A model generated the notes under the pieces. It saw nothing but the letters and a program-made list of their open reading frames with translations. It was not told the origin of the DNA and made no database searches. A stretch of 64,000 bases of DNA from an uncultured Methanosarcinales archaeon (lineage in GTDB: Archaea; Nanobdellota; Nanobdellia; Woesearchaeales; GW2011-AR9): the NCBI GenBank assembly GCA_964343575.1, contig CAYFJV010000002.1:195585-259584 (forward strand), given 5' to 3'. This document shows, piece by piece, positions 47,538 through 56,410 of the stretch; position 1 is the stretch's first letter; each line of letters starts with the position of its first letter. The translations under genes were made by a program, and so were the position numbers.

Positions 47538-49487
47538 ATGGACGTAGGTAAGGAAAGGAGGGTTGTTGATGCCCATGGTTTACTCTCTTTTCTTGAGCAG
47601 AAAGAGGATTTTTATTCCTCTAAAGATTTTTCTTTGTTCAAGAAAGCGATAGGTTTTGCAAAGGAGTATCTTTCTTCCCAAAAGCGTCTCTTTGGAGATT
47701 CTTTGTATGAGCACAATCTTCGTGTAGCTAAAATTTTGGCTGAGAACAAGGCTTCTCCGGAAACTCTTCTTGCTGGACTTCTGCATGGGATCGTAAAATT
47801 TGTTTCTGCTAGTGAGGTTGAGGAAGCTTTTGGAGCTGGAGTGAAAGAAGTTTTGGAAATAGTTCAAGGTGTTGAAGATATCAGTAAGATTAAACTTCGT
47901 AATGAACAACTTGCGGCTGAGGCGCTTCGAAAAGTTCTGCTTGCAACTGTACGTGATGTGCGTATTATCTTGGTTAAATTAGCTGATAAGCTTGACAATC
48001 TTTTTGATGTAGAAGTTTTAGGTAAGGAAGAGGTTCAGCGTATTTGTCAGGAGGTTCTGGAGATTTATGCCCCTCTTGCGTACCGATTGGGAGTTGAAAA
48101 GGTGAGGGTGAGTTTAGAAGACCTTGCCTTTAAGCGGCTCCATCCCAAAAAATACAGTGAGATTCAACACTATCTTGATGAAACTCGAGAGGAACGTGAA
48201 GAACACATTGCTTTTGTTCTTGATAAAATAAAGAAGGAAAGTCCTGTTAAAATACTCAAGATAAAGGGACGTAGTAAGCATGTTTACAGTATCTACAAAA
48301 AGATGACTGAAAGAGGAGTTAAGTTAGATAGGCAGTATGATCATTTAGGAATTCGTATCCTCGTTTCTGATGAGAAAGAATGTTACTCTCTCCTTGCTTT
48401 TTTGCACCAGGCTTTTGAGCCCATTGCTGGTCGTCTCAAAGATTACATTGCTCACCCTAAACCAAACGGCTATCAATCTTTGCACACTTCTGTCTTACTG
48501 GGAGAAGGAAGGGCAAAAGGTGCTGCGCGTCGTTTGGAAGTTCAGATTCGAACTTTGCAGATGGATGAGTTTGCTGAAGAAGGACTTGCTGCCCACTGGC
48601 GTTACAAGGGAATGAAGTCAGATTATTCTTTTGAGAAACGTATGGCTTGGCTTAAAGGCGTGCTAGATATGCAAAAGGATGCTAGTGCCCGCGAGTTTTT
48701 GGAAAATGTACAAGTAGATGTTTTTACCGATGAAATCCATTGTTACACTCCAAAAGGAGAGGTAAAATATTTCCCAAAAGGATCTACCGTCCTTGATTTT
48801 GCCTACTCAGTGCATGAAGAGGTTGGCAACCATACTTTTGGAGCCCGCATTAACGGAAAGTTTGTAAGCATTAAAGCCGAACTTGAGGATGGTGCCGTTA
48901 TTGAAATTTTGACTTCCAAAAAACAGTTGCCTCGGCGTAATTGGATAAAGTACGTGAAAAGCACTAGGGCGAAGCAGAAAATTAGAAAAGGCGTAAAGAA
49001 ATATCAGAACCTACCTGCACTTCATTATCGAACCTTTAAGCCAGTTGTTGATGAGAGTCATGCGAGCCTTGTACATTCTTTAGAGCACAGTAATGCTGCT
49101 TGCGTCCTTGCTAAATGTTGTTTGCCTGTTCCTTGCGAGAATATTGTAGGGATCATTACTAAACGTCGGCTTGTATCTGTACATAAACAAAATTGTAGGT
49201 TGGCGCTTAAGGAAGAGGAGCGTTGGGTTCCAGTAGAGTGGAAGGATATGGTCAGTAAAAAGATTGAGTTTTTTGTTACTGCTGGAGAGCGTTCCGGATT
49301 GCTTGCTGATTTGTTGCACACTATTGCTCAAGCTCGTTTTCAAGTGCAAGAAGCAAAGGCAAAGTTCTTAGGAACTGGGAACTCTGAATGTAGTTTTGTT
49401 ATTGTTCCAAAAGAAATGTCAGAGATTGCTTTATTGGTGGCCCGTTTGAAGAAAGTTAAGGGTGTGAAGCAGGTGTATTTCTCTTAG
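47538..49487 (+). CDS. Long RelA/SpoT homolog: (p)ppGpp synthetase with TGS, Zn-binding and ACT domains; hydrolase degenerate
   Basis: GRSKHVYSIYKKM, KDYIAHPKPNGYQSLHT, EVQIRT, AAHWRYK; TGS TVLDFAYSVH; AKCC.P...VH...C; ACT ERSGLLADL. The HD motif reads LLHG. Confidence 0.93.
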   Translation: MDVGKERRVVDAHGLLSFLEQKEDFYSSKDFSLFKKAIGFAKEYLSSQKRLFGDSLYEHNLRVAKILAENKASPETLLAGLLHGIVKFVSASEVEEAFGAGVKEVLEIVQGVEDISKIKLRNEQLAAEALRKVLLATVRDVRIILVKLADKLDNLFDVEVLGKEEVQRICQEVLEIYAPLAYRLGVEKVRVSLEDLAFKRLHPKKYSEIQHYLDETREEREEHIAFVLDKIKKESPVKILKIKGRSKHVYSIYKKMTERGVKLDRQYDHLGIRILVSDEKECYSLLAFLHQAFEPIAGRLKDYIAHPKPNGYQSLHTSVLLGEGRAKGAARRLEVQIRTLQMDEFAEEGLAAHWRYKGMKSDYSFEKRMAWLKGVLDMQKDASAREFLENVQVDVFTDEIHCYTPKGEVKYFPKGSTVLDFAYSVHEEVGNHTFGARINGKFVSIKAELEDGAVIEILTSKKQLPRRNWIKYVKSTRAKQKIRKGVKKYQNLPALHYRTFKPVVDESHASLVHSLEHSNAACVLAKCCLPVPCENIVGIITKRRLVSVHKQNCRLALKEEERWVPVEWKDMVSKKIEFFVTAGERSGLLADLLHTIAQARFQVQEAKAKFLGTGNSECSFVIVPKEMSEIALLVARLKKVKGVKQVYFS

Positions 49488-49514
49488 TTTTTCAAGAAAG
49501 TAGGAGGTGCTTAA

Positions 49515-49693
49515 TTGAGCTTTTTTATGCAAAAAAATCCAGAAAAGCTCAACCCCCTGAGAAATGTTTCATTTCTGGGACACAAGAAGGCAAAGCCTTC
49601 TTTGTGTTTAGGTTTGGGCATGAATGGATTCAGCTCACTGGATTTTTTGTACAAAAGGACTTTGTCCTTTGTACAAGAAAGCATAGCTTTCTT
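49515..49693. repeat. Nested tandem-hairpin array
   Basis: ttgagctttt/aaaagctcaa; agaaatg-ttt-catttct; agaaggc-aaa-gccttct; tgtacaaaaggac-ttt-gtcctttgtaca; aagaaagc-ata-gctttctt. Confidence 0.75.
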
Positions 49694-49875
49694 TGTATCT
49701 TCTGTTTAGAAGTTTGAAGGGTGTTATCTTTGAGCGTTTGGCTCTTAGATACTTCTTGGTTCTTGGGATGTTGTAGTTCATTGTATCTTCACTAATCTCC
49801 CGAATATTGTAAGATAATTTATAAATAACTCCTCCAATTTACTGGCCTTTGGTCAAAAAGAAGGAAAATTTAATA

Positions 49876-50613
49876 ATGGGTTTACAACTAACTGGAGAAA
49901 ATGGAAGTTCACTGCAGCCTTATAAAAGGTTCTATGGAAGAATTGCTGAGCAGATGCCTTTACTTATTGCTGAAGGAAGAGATCCTGCTTCAGTAGCATA
50001 TGTTATTGGGCGAAGAATGGAAGCTCCTGAAGATGTCAGAGGAACTTGGCAATTAGGTTTTGATACAGGTGATGGAATCGCTTATGGAAAGTTAGGGGAT
50101 GCCGTAATTGTTCTTGATTCTCCAAACCTAAGAGAATTAACTCCTGAAACTAGATTGAACAGGGGAGGAATGGTGCTTTCTGATAAAGCTTTCGAAGCTC
50201 TTAAAAAAAGAGATGGGGCTGTTTGCCTTTCAGCTGATGATAAGAGAGAAGCTCAAGGAAAGGGCTGGAAGAAACAAGGCAGTGTCTGGAGACCAGTTAA
50301 TGCAACTGTAAGAAAAGTTTGGGATGCTCTCGGTCGAGGAAGAGACCTTAATGATTATGCTGAATTAGTTGCTTCATCTTCTGGAAATGATCATGTACTG
50401 CAACTTTATTTTGATCAAGGAAATGAAGCCCATGAACCAATCGTGCGCCCGTGGTACCTCAGTAGTATCAATTACGACTCTGATGCTAATAGCTATCTAG
50501 ATAATAGTTGTTATGGTTGCTTGGTCGGGGTAGCGTCGGAGGTGCAATGCGCTCGAGAACAAGCACTCGAAGCCAGAATTGCAAGTGCTGTGGATGCTAA
50601 ACACCATTGGTGA
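49876..50613 (+). CDS. Hypothetical protein with DGR variable-region-like C-terminus
   Basis: C-terminal RPWYLSSINYDSDANSYLDNSCYGCLVGVA encoded by a run of NNY codons, followed by a GC-rich tract. Confidence 0.65.
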   Translation: MGLQLTGENGSSLQPYKRFYGRIAEQMPLLIAEGRDPASVAYVIGRRMEAPEDVRGTWQLGFDTGDGIAYGKLGDAVIVLDSPNLRELTPETRLNRGGMVLSDKAFEALKKRDGAVCLSADDKREAQGKGWKKQGSVWRPVNATVRKVWDALGRGRDLNDYAELVASSSGNDHVLQLYFDQGNEAHEPIVRPWYLSSINYDSDANSYLDNSCYGCLVGVASEVQCAREQALEARIASAVDAKHHW

Positions 50614-50643
50614 TTATGTTTGTCTTGCATTCCCAAAAATTTG

Positions 50644-51663
50644 TTAAAGTAGAATTTTAGCAATATCTACAAGTCTGTTGCTGTAACCCCACTCATTATC
50701 GTACCAAGAAACTATTTTTACTGTGTGTTTGTCAAGGACTGTTGTGAGTTTCCCATCAATAATTGAGGAGTGCGAATTTCCAATGATATCTGAAGAGACT
50801 AACTCTTGCTCGCTATAGGCAAGAACATCTTTGAGTTCTTTACTTGCTGCTTTCTTAAGTACGGCATTTACTTTCTCTTTAGTTGTCCCTTTCTTTATTT
50901 CTATGGTAAAGTCGGTGACACTTCCATTAATCACTGGAACTCTATATGCCATGCCACTAAGTTTTCCTTTCAATTTTGGCAAGGTGAGAGCTACTGCTTT
51001 GTTTGCTCCTGTTGTTGTTGGGATAATGTTTACTGCAGCAGCTCTTGATTTTCGAAGGTCTTTGCCTGGTCTATCTACCAGAGCTTCAGTTGCGGTGTAA
51101 GCGTGTACTGTTGAGAAAAAACACTTTTTAATGCCAAACTCTTTGTCAATTACCTTAAGCACCGGCGCAACACAATTGCTTGTGCAAGAAGCATTGGAAA
51201 TAATGTGGATCTTTTCTTTGTTTTTGAGATAGTCCTTTTCGTTCACTCCTTTGATGATGGTGACGTTTGGCACCTGGCAAGTATCATGGCATTTACTTGG
51301 GGCGCTGAGGAGTACTTTTTTTGCTCCAACTTTAAGGTGCGCCTGCGCATCAAAAGGATTTGTGAATCTTCCTGTTGCTTCAAGAACAAGATCCACTTTG
51401 TGTTCTCTCCAAGGAAGCTCATTGGGATCTTTGATCGCGTAGATTGGGATTTTCTCTTTCTCAACGATAATTCGGCTCTTTTCTGCCTTTACTTTTGCTG
51501 AAAAAGTTCCGTGTGTTGAGTCGTATTTGAGAAGATGGGCAAGTACTTCTGGACTAGTAAGATCATTGATGGCAACGATTTCTATTTTTTTATCGTTGTA
51601 GGAAGCTCGAAAGAACATTCGACCAATTCTTCCAAAACCGTTTATTGCAACTCTTACCGGCAC
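50644..51663 (-). CDS. gap: Type I (bacterial-type) glyceraldehyde-3-phosphate dehydrogenase
   Basis: AINGFGRIGR, LLKYDSTHG, SNASCTSNC and WYDNEWGYS motifs; GTG start. Confidence 0.96.
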   Translation of the reverse strand: MPVRVAINGFGRIGRMFFRASYNDKKIEIVAINDLTSPEVLAHLLKYDSTHGTFSAKVKAEKSRIIVEKEKIPIYAIKDPNELPWREHKVDLVLEATGRFTNPFDAQAHLKVGAKKVLLSAPSKCHDTCQVPNVTIIKGVNEKDYLKNKEKIHIISNASCTSNCVAPVLKVIDKEFGIKKCFFSTVHAYTATEALVDRPGKDLRKSRAAAVNIIPTTTGANKAVALTLPKLKGKLSGMAYRVPVINGSVTDFTIEIKKGTTKEKVNAVLKKAASKELKDVLAYSEQELVSSDIIGNSHSSIIDGKLTTVLDKHTVKIVSWYDNEWGYSNRLVDIAKILL

Positions 51664-51737
51664 TTTTCTATCACCTAGTCTAGGGAGCCTTTTTTAGTTA
51701 TATAAAGCTTTTTAAAAACAGAAGGATTTGACTTTTT

Positions 51738-52760
51738 ATGACCAATAGTATTGCTGCAAAACTTGTTCAGGAAACTGCTCAGAAGGGAATGAAAAGCTTA
51801 GCTGGCTTTGAGAGAATTCCTGGTAGCGATGAGCTTGAGTTCAAGAAAGGATTTGTTGAGCGCTATGGCTTGCTTACTGAGTGGGAGACTTTTCGTAGGG
51901 CATCACTCTCTTTTTTGCGCCGTTCTATTCGAGTAAACACGCTTCTTGCTTCTGTTGAAGAAGTAAAGAAAAGCATTTCTACTAAGGGATGGAAGCTTGA
52001 TCCTATTCCTTGGTGCAAGGAAGGTTTTTGGATCTCTCATCCCGATCGTAAGGATGTTGGAAATTTGCTTGAGCACAAAGTTGGAAAAGTGTACGTGCAA
52101 GAAGCAGCGAGTATGATTCCTCCACTTGTTCTTGATCCGCAGCCAGGAGATTTGGTGCTTGATATGTGTGCTGCTCCCGGGAGTAAAACGACGCAAATGG
52201 CGGCAATGATGAAGGGTGAAGGACTTCTTATTGCAAATGATTATCGGGGGCTTCGTATTCAGAGTTTAGGGATTAACACTCAGAGGAGTGTTTGTACTAA
52301 CGTTGTTATTACTTTAATGGATGGGATGTGGTTTAAGAAAGATGATATTCAATTTGATAAAATTCTGGTTGATGCTCCTTGCTCCGGAACAGGTACCATT
52401 CGTAAAAGTTTGAAAACTATTCGCATGTGGAATCCTAACATGGTCAAAAAGATTGCTGGACAACAAATCCGTCTTCTTGAGAACGCTTTCTCACTTTTGA
52501 AGCCAGGAGGAGTGCTTGTGTATTCTACTTGCAGCTTAGAGCCTGAAGAAAATGAAGGAATAGTGAGTAAGTTGCTTGAGCGGCACAGCGAAGCTTGTGT
52601 TGAGAAAGTTGATTTGCCCGGCTTAAAGTTGGGAGAGCCCGTTGTAGAGTTTGAAGGAAAAAAGTGGAATGAGCAGGTAAAGCATACCCTTCGTATTTGG
52701 CCACAGGATAATGATACTGAAGGATTTTTTGTTGCCAAGATTAGGAAGAAAAAGGAATAA
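51738..52760 (+). CDS. RsmB/NOL1/NOP2/Sun RNA m5C methyltransferase
   Basis: YVQEAASMIPP, LDMCAAPGSKT, DAPCSGTG and YSTCS..PEENE motifs. Confidence 0.95.
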   Translation: MTNSIAAKLVQETAQKGMKSLAGFERIPGSDELEFKKGFVERYGLLTEWETFRRASLSFLRRSIRVNTLLASVEEVKKSISTKGWKLDPIPWCKEGFWISHPDRKDVGNLLEHKVGKVYVQEAASMIPPLVLDPQPGDLVLDMCAAPGSKTTQMAAMMKGEGLLIANDYRGLRIQSLGINTQRSVCTNVVITLMDGMWFKKDDIQFDKILVDAPCSGTGTIRKSLKTIRMWNPNMVKKIAGQQIRLLENAFSLLKPGGVLVYSTCSLEPEENEGIVSKLLERHSEACVEKVDLPGLKLGEPVVEFEGKKWNEQVKHTLRIWPQDNDTEGFFVAKIRKKKE

Positions 52761-52791
52761 GAAGTAAAAAGAATAAAAGAAAAGATTAAGT

Positions 52792-53451
52792 TTATCTTTG
52801 GGAGCTTTGCCTGCTGTACACTCTTCTTTCTGAGCGTATTAGCCGCAATGGAGAATTTCCTGCTTGAGTCAAAACGCCATAGCCTGCAGTTTCAGGAGTG
52901 GTGTACACTCGTTCAGTTATATCGTCCCAAGCAGCGTCCAAAAGTTCGGTTCCATCTCTTGTGATTCTATCAACCAGTTCGCGCTCACTTGGATAAAAGT
53001 TTCCTCTGATGACATAACCAAAGGTATCTGGTCCAATGAAAGGAGTACTTTCTCTCATTTCCCTAGCTCTCTCTCCATTTCCTCTAGCTTTCCAAGTTCT
53101 TAGTTCTTGGACGAATCCTCTTCTTCCTCTAAAAAGAGTGATGTCATGCACTTCTTCCATTCTGTGGAAACTGATCTCTATTAGGTCTGCATTTCCATCT
53201 TTGTTGAAATCTCTTACAGTTACAAGTTCTGGCCTTCCATAGCCCCCATCACGAAGAGAACTATACTCTCCTTCTGGAACTGAAAGTCTGCAGACAATCT
53301 GGTCTTCTTGATTTTCGCAGCCAAGGTAGACCATAGTTCCATCATGGTTGAACTCATCTGTGAAACTTGCGGTTTCAAATGCTTCTGCTCTTGGAGCAGA
53401 TGTTAAGGTAAGGGCAGTTAGTCCACCCACAACATACTTCATTATAGACAT
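52792..53451 (-). CDS. Hypothetical secreted protein
   Basis: Signal-like N-terminus (ALTLTSAPRAEA); DFNKDGNAD Ca-binding-like loop. Confidence 0.6.
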   Translation of the reverse strand: MSIMKYVVGGLTALTLTSAPRAEAFETASFTDEFNHDGTMVYLGCENQEDQIVCRLSVPEGEYSSLRDGGYGRPELVTVRDFNKDGNADLIEISFHRMEEVHDITLFRGRRGFVQELRTWKARGNGERAREMRESTPFIGPDTFGYVIRGNFYPSERELVDRITRDGTELLDAAWDDITERVYTTPETAGYGVLTQAGNSPLRLIRSERRVYSRQSSQR

Positions 53452-53576
53452 ATTTTACTTCACCATATGTCATTTTCCTTGGTTGTTTTATAAGGGTTTC
53501 TTGGTATTTTGAACAGAATGGTTTTTTCTTCCTCTTTATAGCAATCTTTTTAAGTGTTTGAACTTGGGAAAAATGG

Positions 53577-54623
53577 ATGCTTTCCCTTCAAAAAGACGAG
53601 CAAGCTCTTGTGGAGCAGTACCTTCATATCTTTACTAAGATTCTTAAGAATTGTTTGAAGGCAAAAACTGAGCAGATTCTTATTGTAACTGATGAAGGAA
53701 CTGAGCAAAGTCGTTTGGCCCCGCTTCTTGCCTCTGGCTACTACGGTGCTGCGCAGAAGAAAGGTTTGAGCTCTACTCTTCTTGTGCAAGAAGTAAAGAA
53801 AGGTTTTATGCAAGCCGATATTCATGTCGTAAAAGCAATCACTTCTCTTCCAAGGGAAAGTGTTGTTATTGTTGCGGTGTCTAATAAGCTTGGTCGTTTT
53901 GGTGAGCACAAAAGTTTTCGACGTTTTTGTAAAGAACAGGGCCATCGTTTTGTCTCAGCTTCTGGATTAGGAGATGCAAAAAACAATCATTTTCAGCTTT
54001 TTATGGAAGCTATGAATTGTAATTATGCTCGTATGCGTAAACTTGGTGATAAAATCAAAAGGCAATGGGATAAAGCTAAAGAAATTCGGGTTGTAACTCC
54101 AGCAGGTACTGATCTTGTGGTTGATGTAGAAGGTATGCAAGCCATTGCGAATACTGCAGAATATTTTTTGCCAGGGATGGGAGGAAACGTTCCCGCGGGA
54201 GAAGTATACATTGCCCCCAGGGGGATGGAAGGCTGTTCTGGAGTTGTGGTGCTTGATGGAAGTATTCGTCATGAAAGTGGAAGTAAATTGCTTAGCTACC
54301 AATTGACGCTTCACGTTGAAAAGGGAAGAGTGGTTCGTATGGAAGGCCCGGAAGCAGAGATTTTGGAGAATACTTTTCAAAAGTTTGAAGACCGTGCAAA
54401 GTATCCAGAACGTGTTCGTTTGGTAGGAGAGCTTGGTATTGGTATTAATCAGGGCGCAGTGCTTATTGGTTTAGCACTTATGGATGAGAAAGTATCTGGC
54501 ACCGCGCATGTTGGGATTGGAAGCAATGCTTGGTTTGGTGGGGCTATTAAGACGATTTTTCATGGAGATATGACTTTTAAGAATCCGAAGTTTTATGTTG
54601 ATGGGAAAGAGTTGAAAATGTAG
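53577..54623 (+). CDS. Aminopeptidase, M29 (AmpS/AmpT)-like family
   Basis: GTDL, GNVPAGEVYIAP, VGELGIG.N, DEKVSGTAHVGIG and HGD motifs. Confidence 0.88.
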   Translation: MLSLQKDEQALVEQYLHIFTKILKNCLKAKTEQILIVTDEGTEQSRLAPLLASGYYGAAQKKGLSSTLLVQEVKKGFMQADIHVVKAITSLPRESVVIVAVSNKLGRFGEHKSFRRFCKEQGHRFVSASGLGDAKNNHFQLFMEAMNCNYARMRKLGDKIKRQWDKAKEIRVVTPAGTDLVVDVEGMQAIANTAEYFLPGMGGNVPAGEVYIAPRGMEGCSGVVVLDGSIRHESGSKLLSYQLTLHVEKGRVVRMEGPEAEILENTFQKFEDRAKYPERVRLVGELGIGINQGAVLIGLALMDEKVSGTAHVGIGSNAWFGGAIKTIFHGDMTFKNPKFYVDGKELKM

Positions 54624-54638
54624 TTGGATTTATCTCTC

Positions 54639-55208
54639 TTATCTCTCAATCACTTCTTTGGTAACCAAGTTCACAATCTTACTCGGTCTTCCACTGATCT
54701 CACCATCGTAAATCATAAAGTCTACTTCCCTTTCAATATCAGGATCAAGGTCTTCTAAGTTTTTCATGAAGCGCTCTCCATGTTTATTCACAGAAGTGGT
54801 TACAATTGGAAGGTCTAATTCTTCTAGGGCTTTGTTTAGATAATGATCTGGCATACGCACGCCAATGTTTTCGGTTTCTGGAATAACATTTTTTGCAACC
54901 GCTTTTTTGTTCTTAAGTTTTACAATGAAGGTGAATGGACCTGGAAGTTTGCTTAAGTGTTCTTCTTTTTGTTCTTTGCTGAGCTCACAATTTTCTTCTA
55001 TCCACTGTTTAGAGGGGACCCAGATAGAGAGGGGGCTTGTTGGTCTTTGTTTTATTCTTCTAATTTTAGCAACTGCCTTTTCATCTTGCGCATTACAACC
55101 AATCCCATAGATGGTGTCTGTCGGGTAAATGAAGACTGCCCCTTCTCTTACTTTCTCAAAGAGCTCTTGCTTTCTCATTAAGAGTTCTCGTTTTGCTAAG
55201 ATTTCCAT
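54639..55208 (-). CDS. L-threonylcarbamoyladenylate synthase (single-domain TsaC/YrdC/Sua5)
   Basis: YPTDTIYGIGC, IKQRP, LPGPFT, IGVRMPDH and TTSVN motifs. True start is MEILAK at 55208. Confidence 0.92.
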   Translation of the reverse strand: MEILAKRELLMRKQELFEKVREGAVFIYPTDTIYGIGCNAQDEKAVAKIRRIKQRPTSPLSIWVPSKQWIEENCELSKEQKEEHLSKLPGPFTFIVKLKNKKAVAKNVIPETENIGVRMPDHYLNKALEELDLPIVTTSVNKHGERFMKNLEDLDPDIEREVDFMIYDGEISGRPSKIVNLVTKEVIER

Positions 55209-55258
55209 TGCTAGCGCGAGACATTTTGTGTTGCTTAAAAAAGTTGTGGAGAATAAAA

Positions 55259-55441
55259 GAAGGAGAGGTTGCCGTGCGTAGTGTCCTACGCACAGCTTGG
55301 GTGTAAGAGGTGTGTGGCGGTAGTAAAGTAATGTGGCCAAGCTATGGCGATGTAGCTTAGCCTGGCTAGTGGATACTAGCAAGTTGAGGATCTGCGAACA
55401 GAAAGTCGTCAAGATCAGTTTGCTGGTGGCTTCTTTGTTCT
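55259..55441 (+). ncRNA. Candidate structured non-coding RNA (family unknown)
   Basis: GC-rich multibranch fold: closing stem gaggttgcc/ggtggcttc (G-U rich), gtgcgtag/ctacgcac, agcttgg/ccaagct, gctagt/actagc, gatct/agatc. Confidence 0.5.
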
Positions 55442-55520
55442 AGAAATGCGTATTTCTCTAGAAGAAATCTGATTCTGTCTTTTGTTGGAATGATCATTTC
55501 CGGGATTTGTTTTGTTTCCA

Positions 55521-55679
55521 TTATACCCACGCTCCACTCATTTGAAAGTCAAAGATGTCTGCTGCTTGCCGTTCTAGTGATTGTGTTGATTGTACTGGCT
55601 GTCCTACTGTTCTTCTTGTAAGGTCAGCTACTTGCTGCTCAAAAAGGTGTTTAATCGTTTTATGACTCATATCTACCAT
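55521..55679 (-). CDS. Small hypothetical protein (~52 aa)
   Basis: SD GGAGGT upstream of MVDMSHK; upstream TATA tataaata near 55750. An alternative start is at 55727. Confidence 0.5.
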   Translation of the reverse strand: MVDMSHKTIKHLFEQQVADLTRRTVGQPVQSTQSLERQAADIFDFQMSGAWV

Positions 55680-55910
55680 TGTGGATACCTCCGTTTTGGC
55701 CTTGATTCTTGTTTGACTTTGTATCATGGCTTATTTTTGGCTTGGGAGGTATTTATACTCTGACCAATGTTGTCCAGTGTCCAGTGTTTGGCATTGAGGT
55801 TGAGAAAGGAGAAAATTTTTTGGAATGGGCCAGAGAAATATTGGCTAGTGGCTAAGAAGATTTAGAAGGAATGTTAAAGAAAAATATGTAAGAAATTGTT
55901 GTTTGTTGCT

Positions 55911-56288
55911 TTACTCAACAAGTACGCCGCTCACTACTGCTTGCTGGCCTGGCCTGCTGGTAACTCGCACTTTTCCAAGATCAGTTTCTACAATAGCCCC
56001 TTTGGTTAAGATGTTACGTCGAACCAAATGTGGATTAGCTTTGTTCTCAATTACGTTTTTGATGGTAGTTTTTTGTACCTTTCCATCTTTGCTAGCCACG
56101 TTAATGGTCTTTTCTGAGAGTAAGAATCGCTTAATGTTTCCACCTAAGACTCTAAGAACCTTCGCTTTTCGCTCCGCAAGCTTGGTCATAGTTGATTGGC
56201 GAGCTAAGTGTACTTTTCGCTTAGTTTTGATGTTTGTGTAGCGACCACCGCTAGCCTTCCTATTTGATCGTTTTTGTAATCGTGCCAT
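55911..56288 (-). CDS. rps8e: 30S ribosomal protein S8e (eS8)
   Basis: RKASGGR, RVLGGNIK, NPHLVRRNILTKGA and VTSRPGQ motifs. Confidence 0.97.
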   Translation of the reverse strand: MARLQKRSNRKASGGRYTNIKTKRKVHLARQSTMTKLAERKAKVLRVLGGNIKRFLLSEKTINVASKDGKVQKTTIKNVIENKANPHLVRRNILTKGAIVETDLGKVRVTSRPGQQAVVSGVLVE

Positions 56289-56410
56289 TTTTTGCTTTTG
56301 AGAGCTGTCCCCTTTTTAAAGGTTTCTTCTTCTTGGCTTTCATCGGGGACCTAAAAAAGTTACTCCTTGTCTGGGACAATTTTTATAAAAGCGCAGCGTT
56401 TTTGCCTTCT

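Noticed and set aside
55209..55412. N-terminal 68-aa extension of the Sua5 ORF
   Set aside because: Homology begins at MEILAK (55208) after a TATA-like box; the extension runs antisense through the structured RNA candidate.
56264..56410. Upstream extension of the JAB-like ORF
   Set aside because: Overlaps the rps8e start and the divergent promoter; ATG 56411 after the TATA is more plausible.
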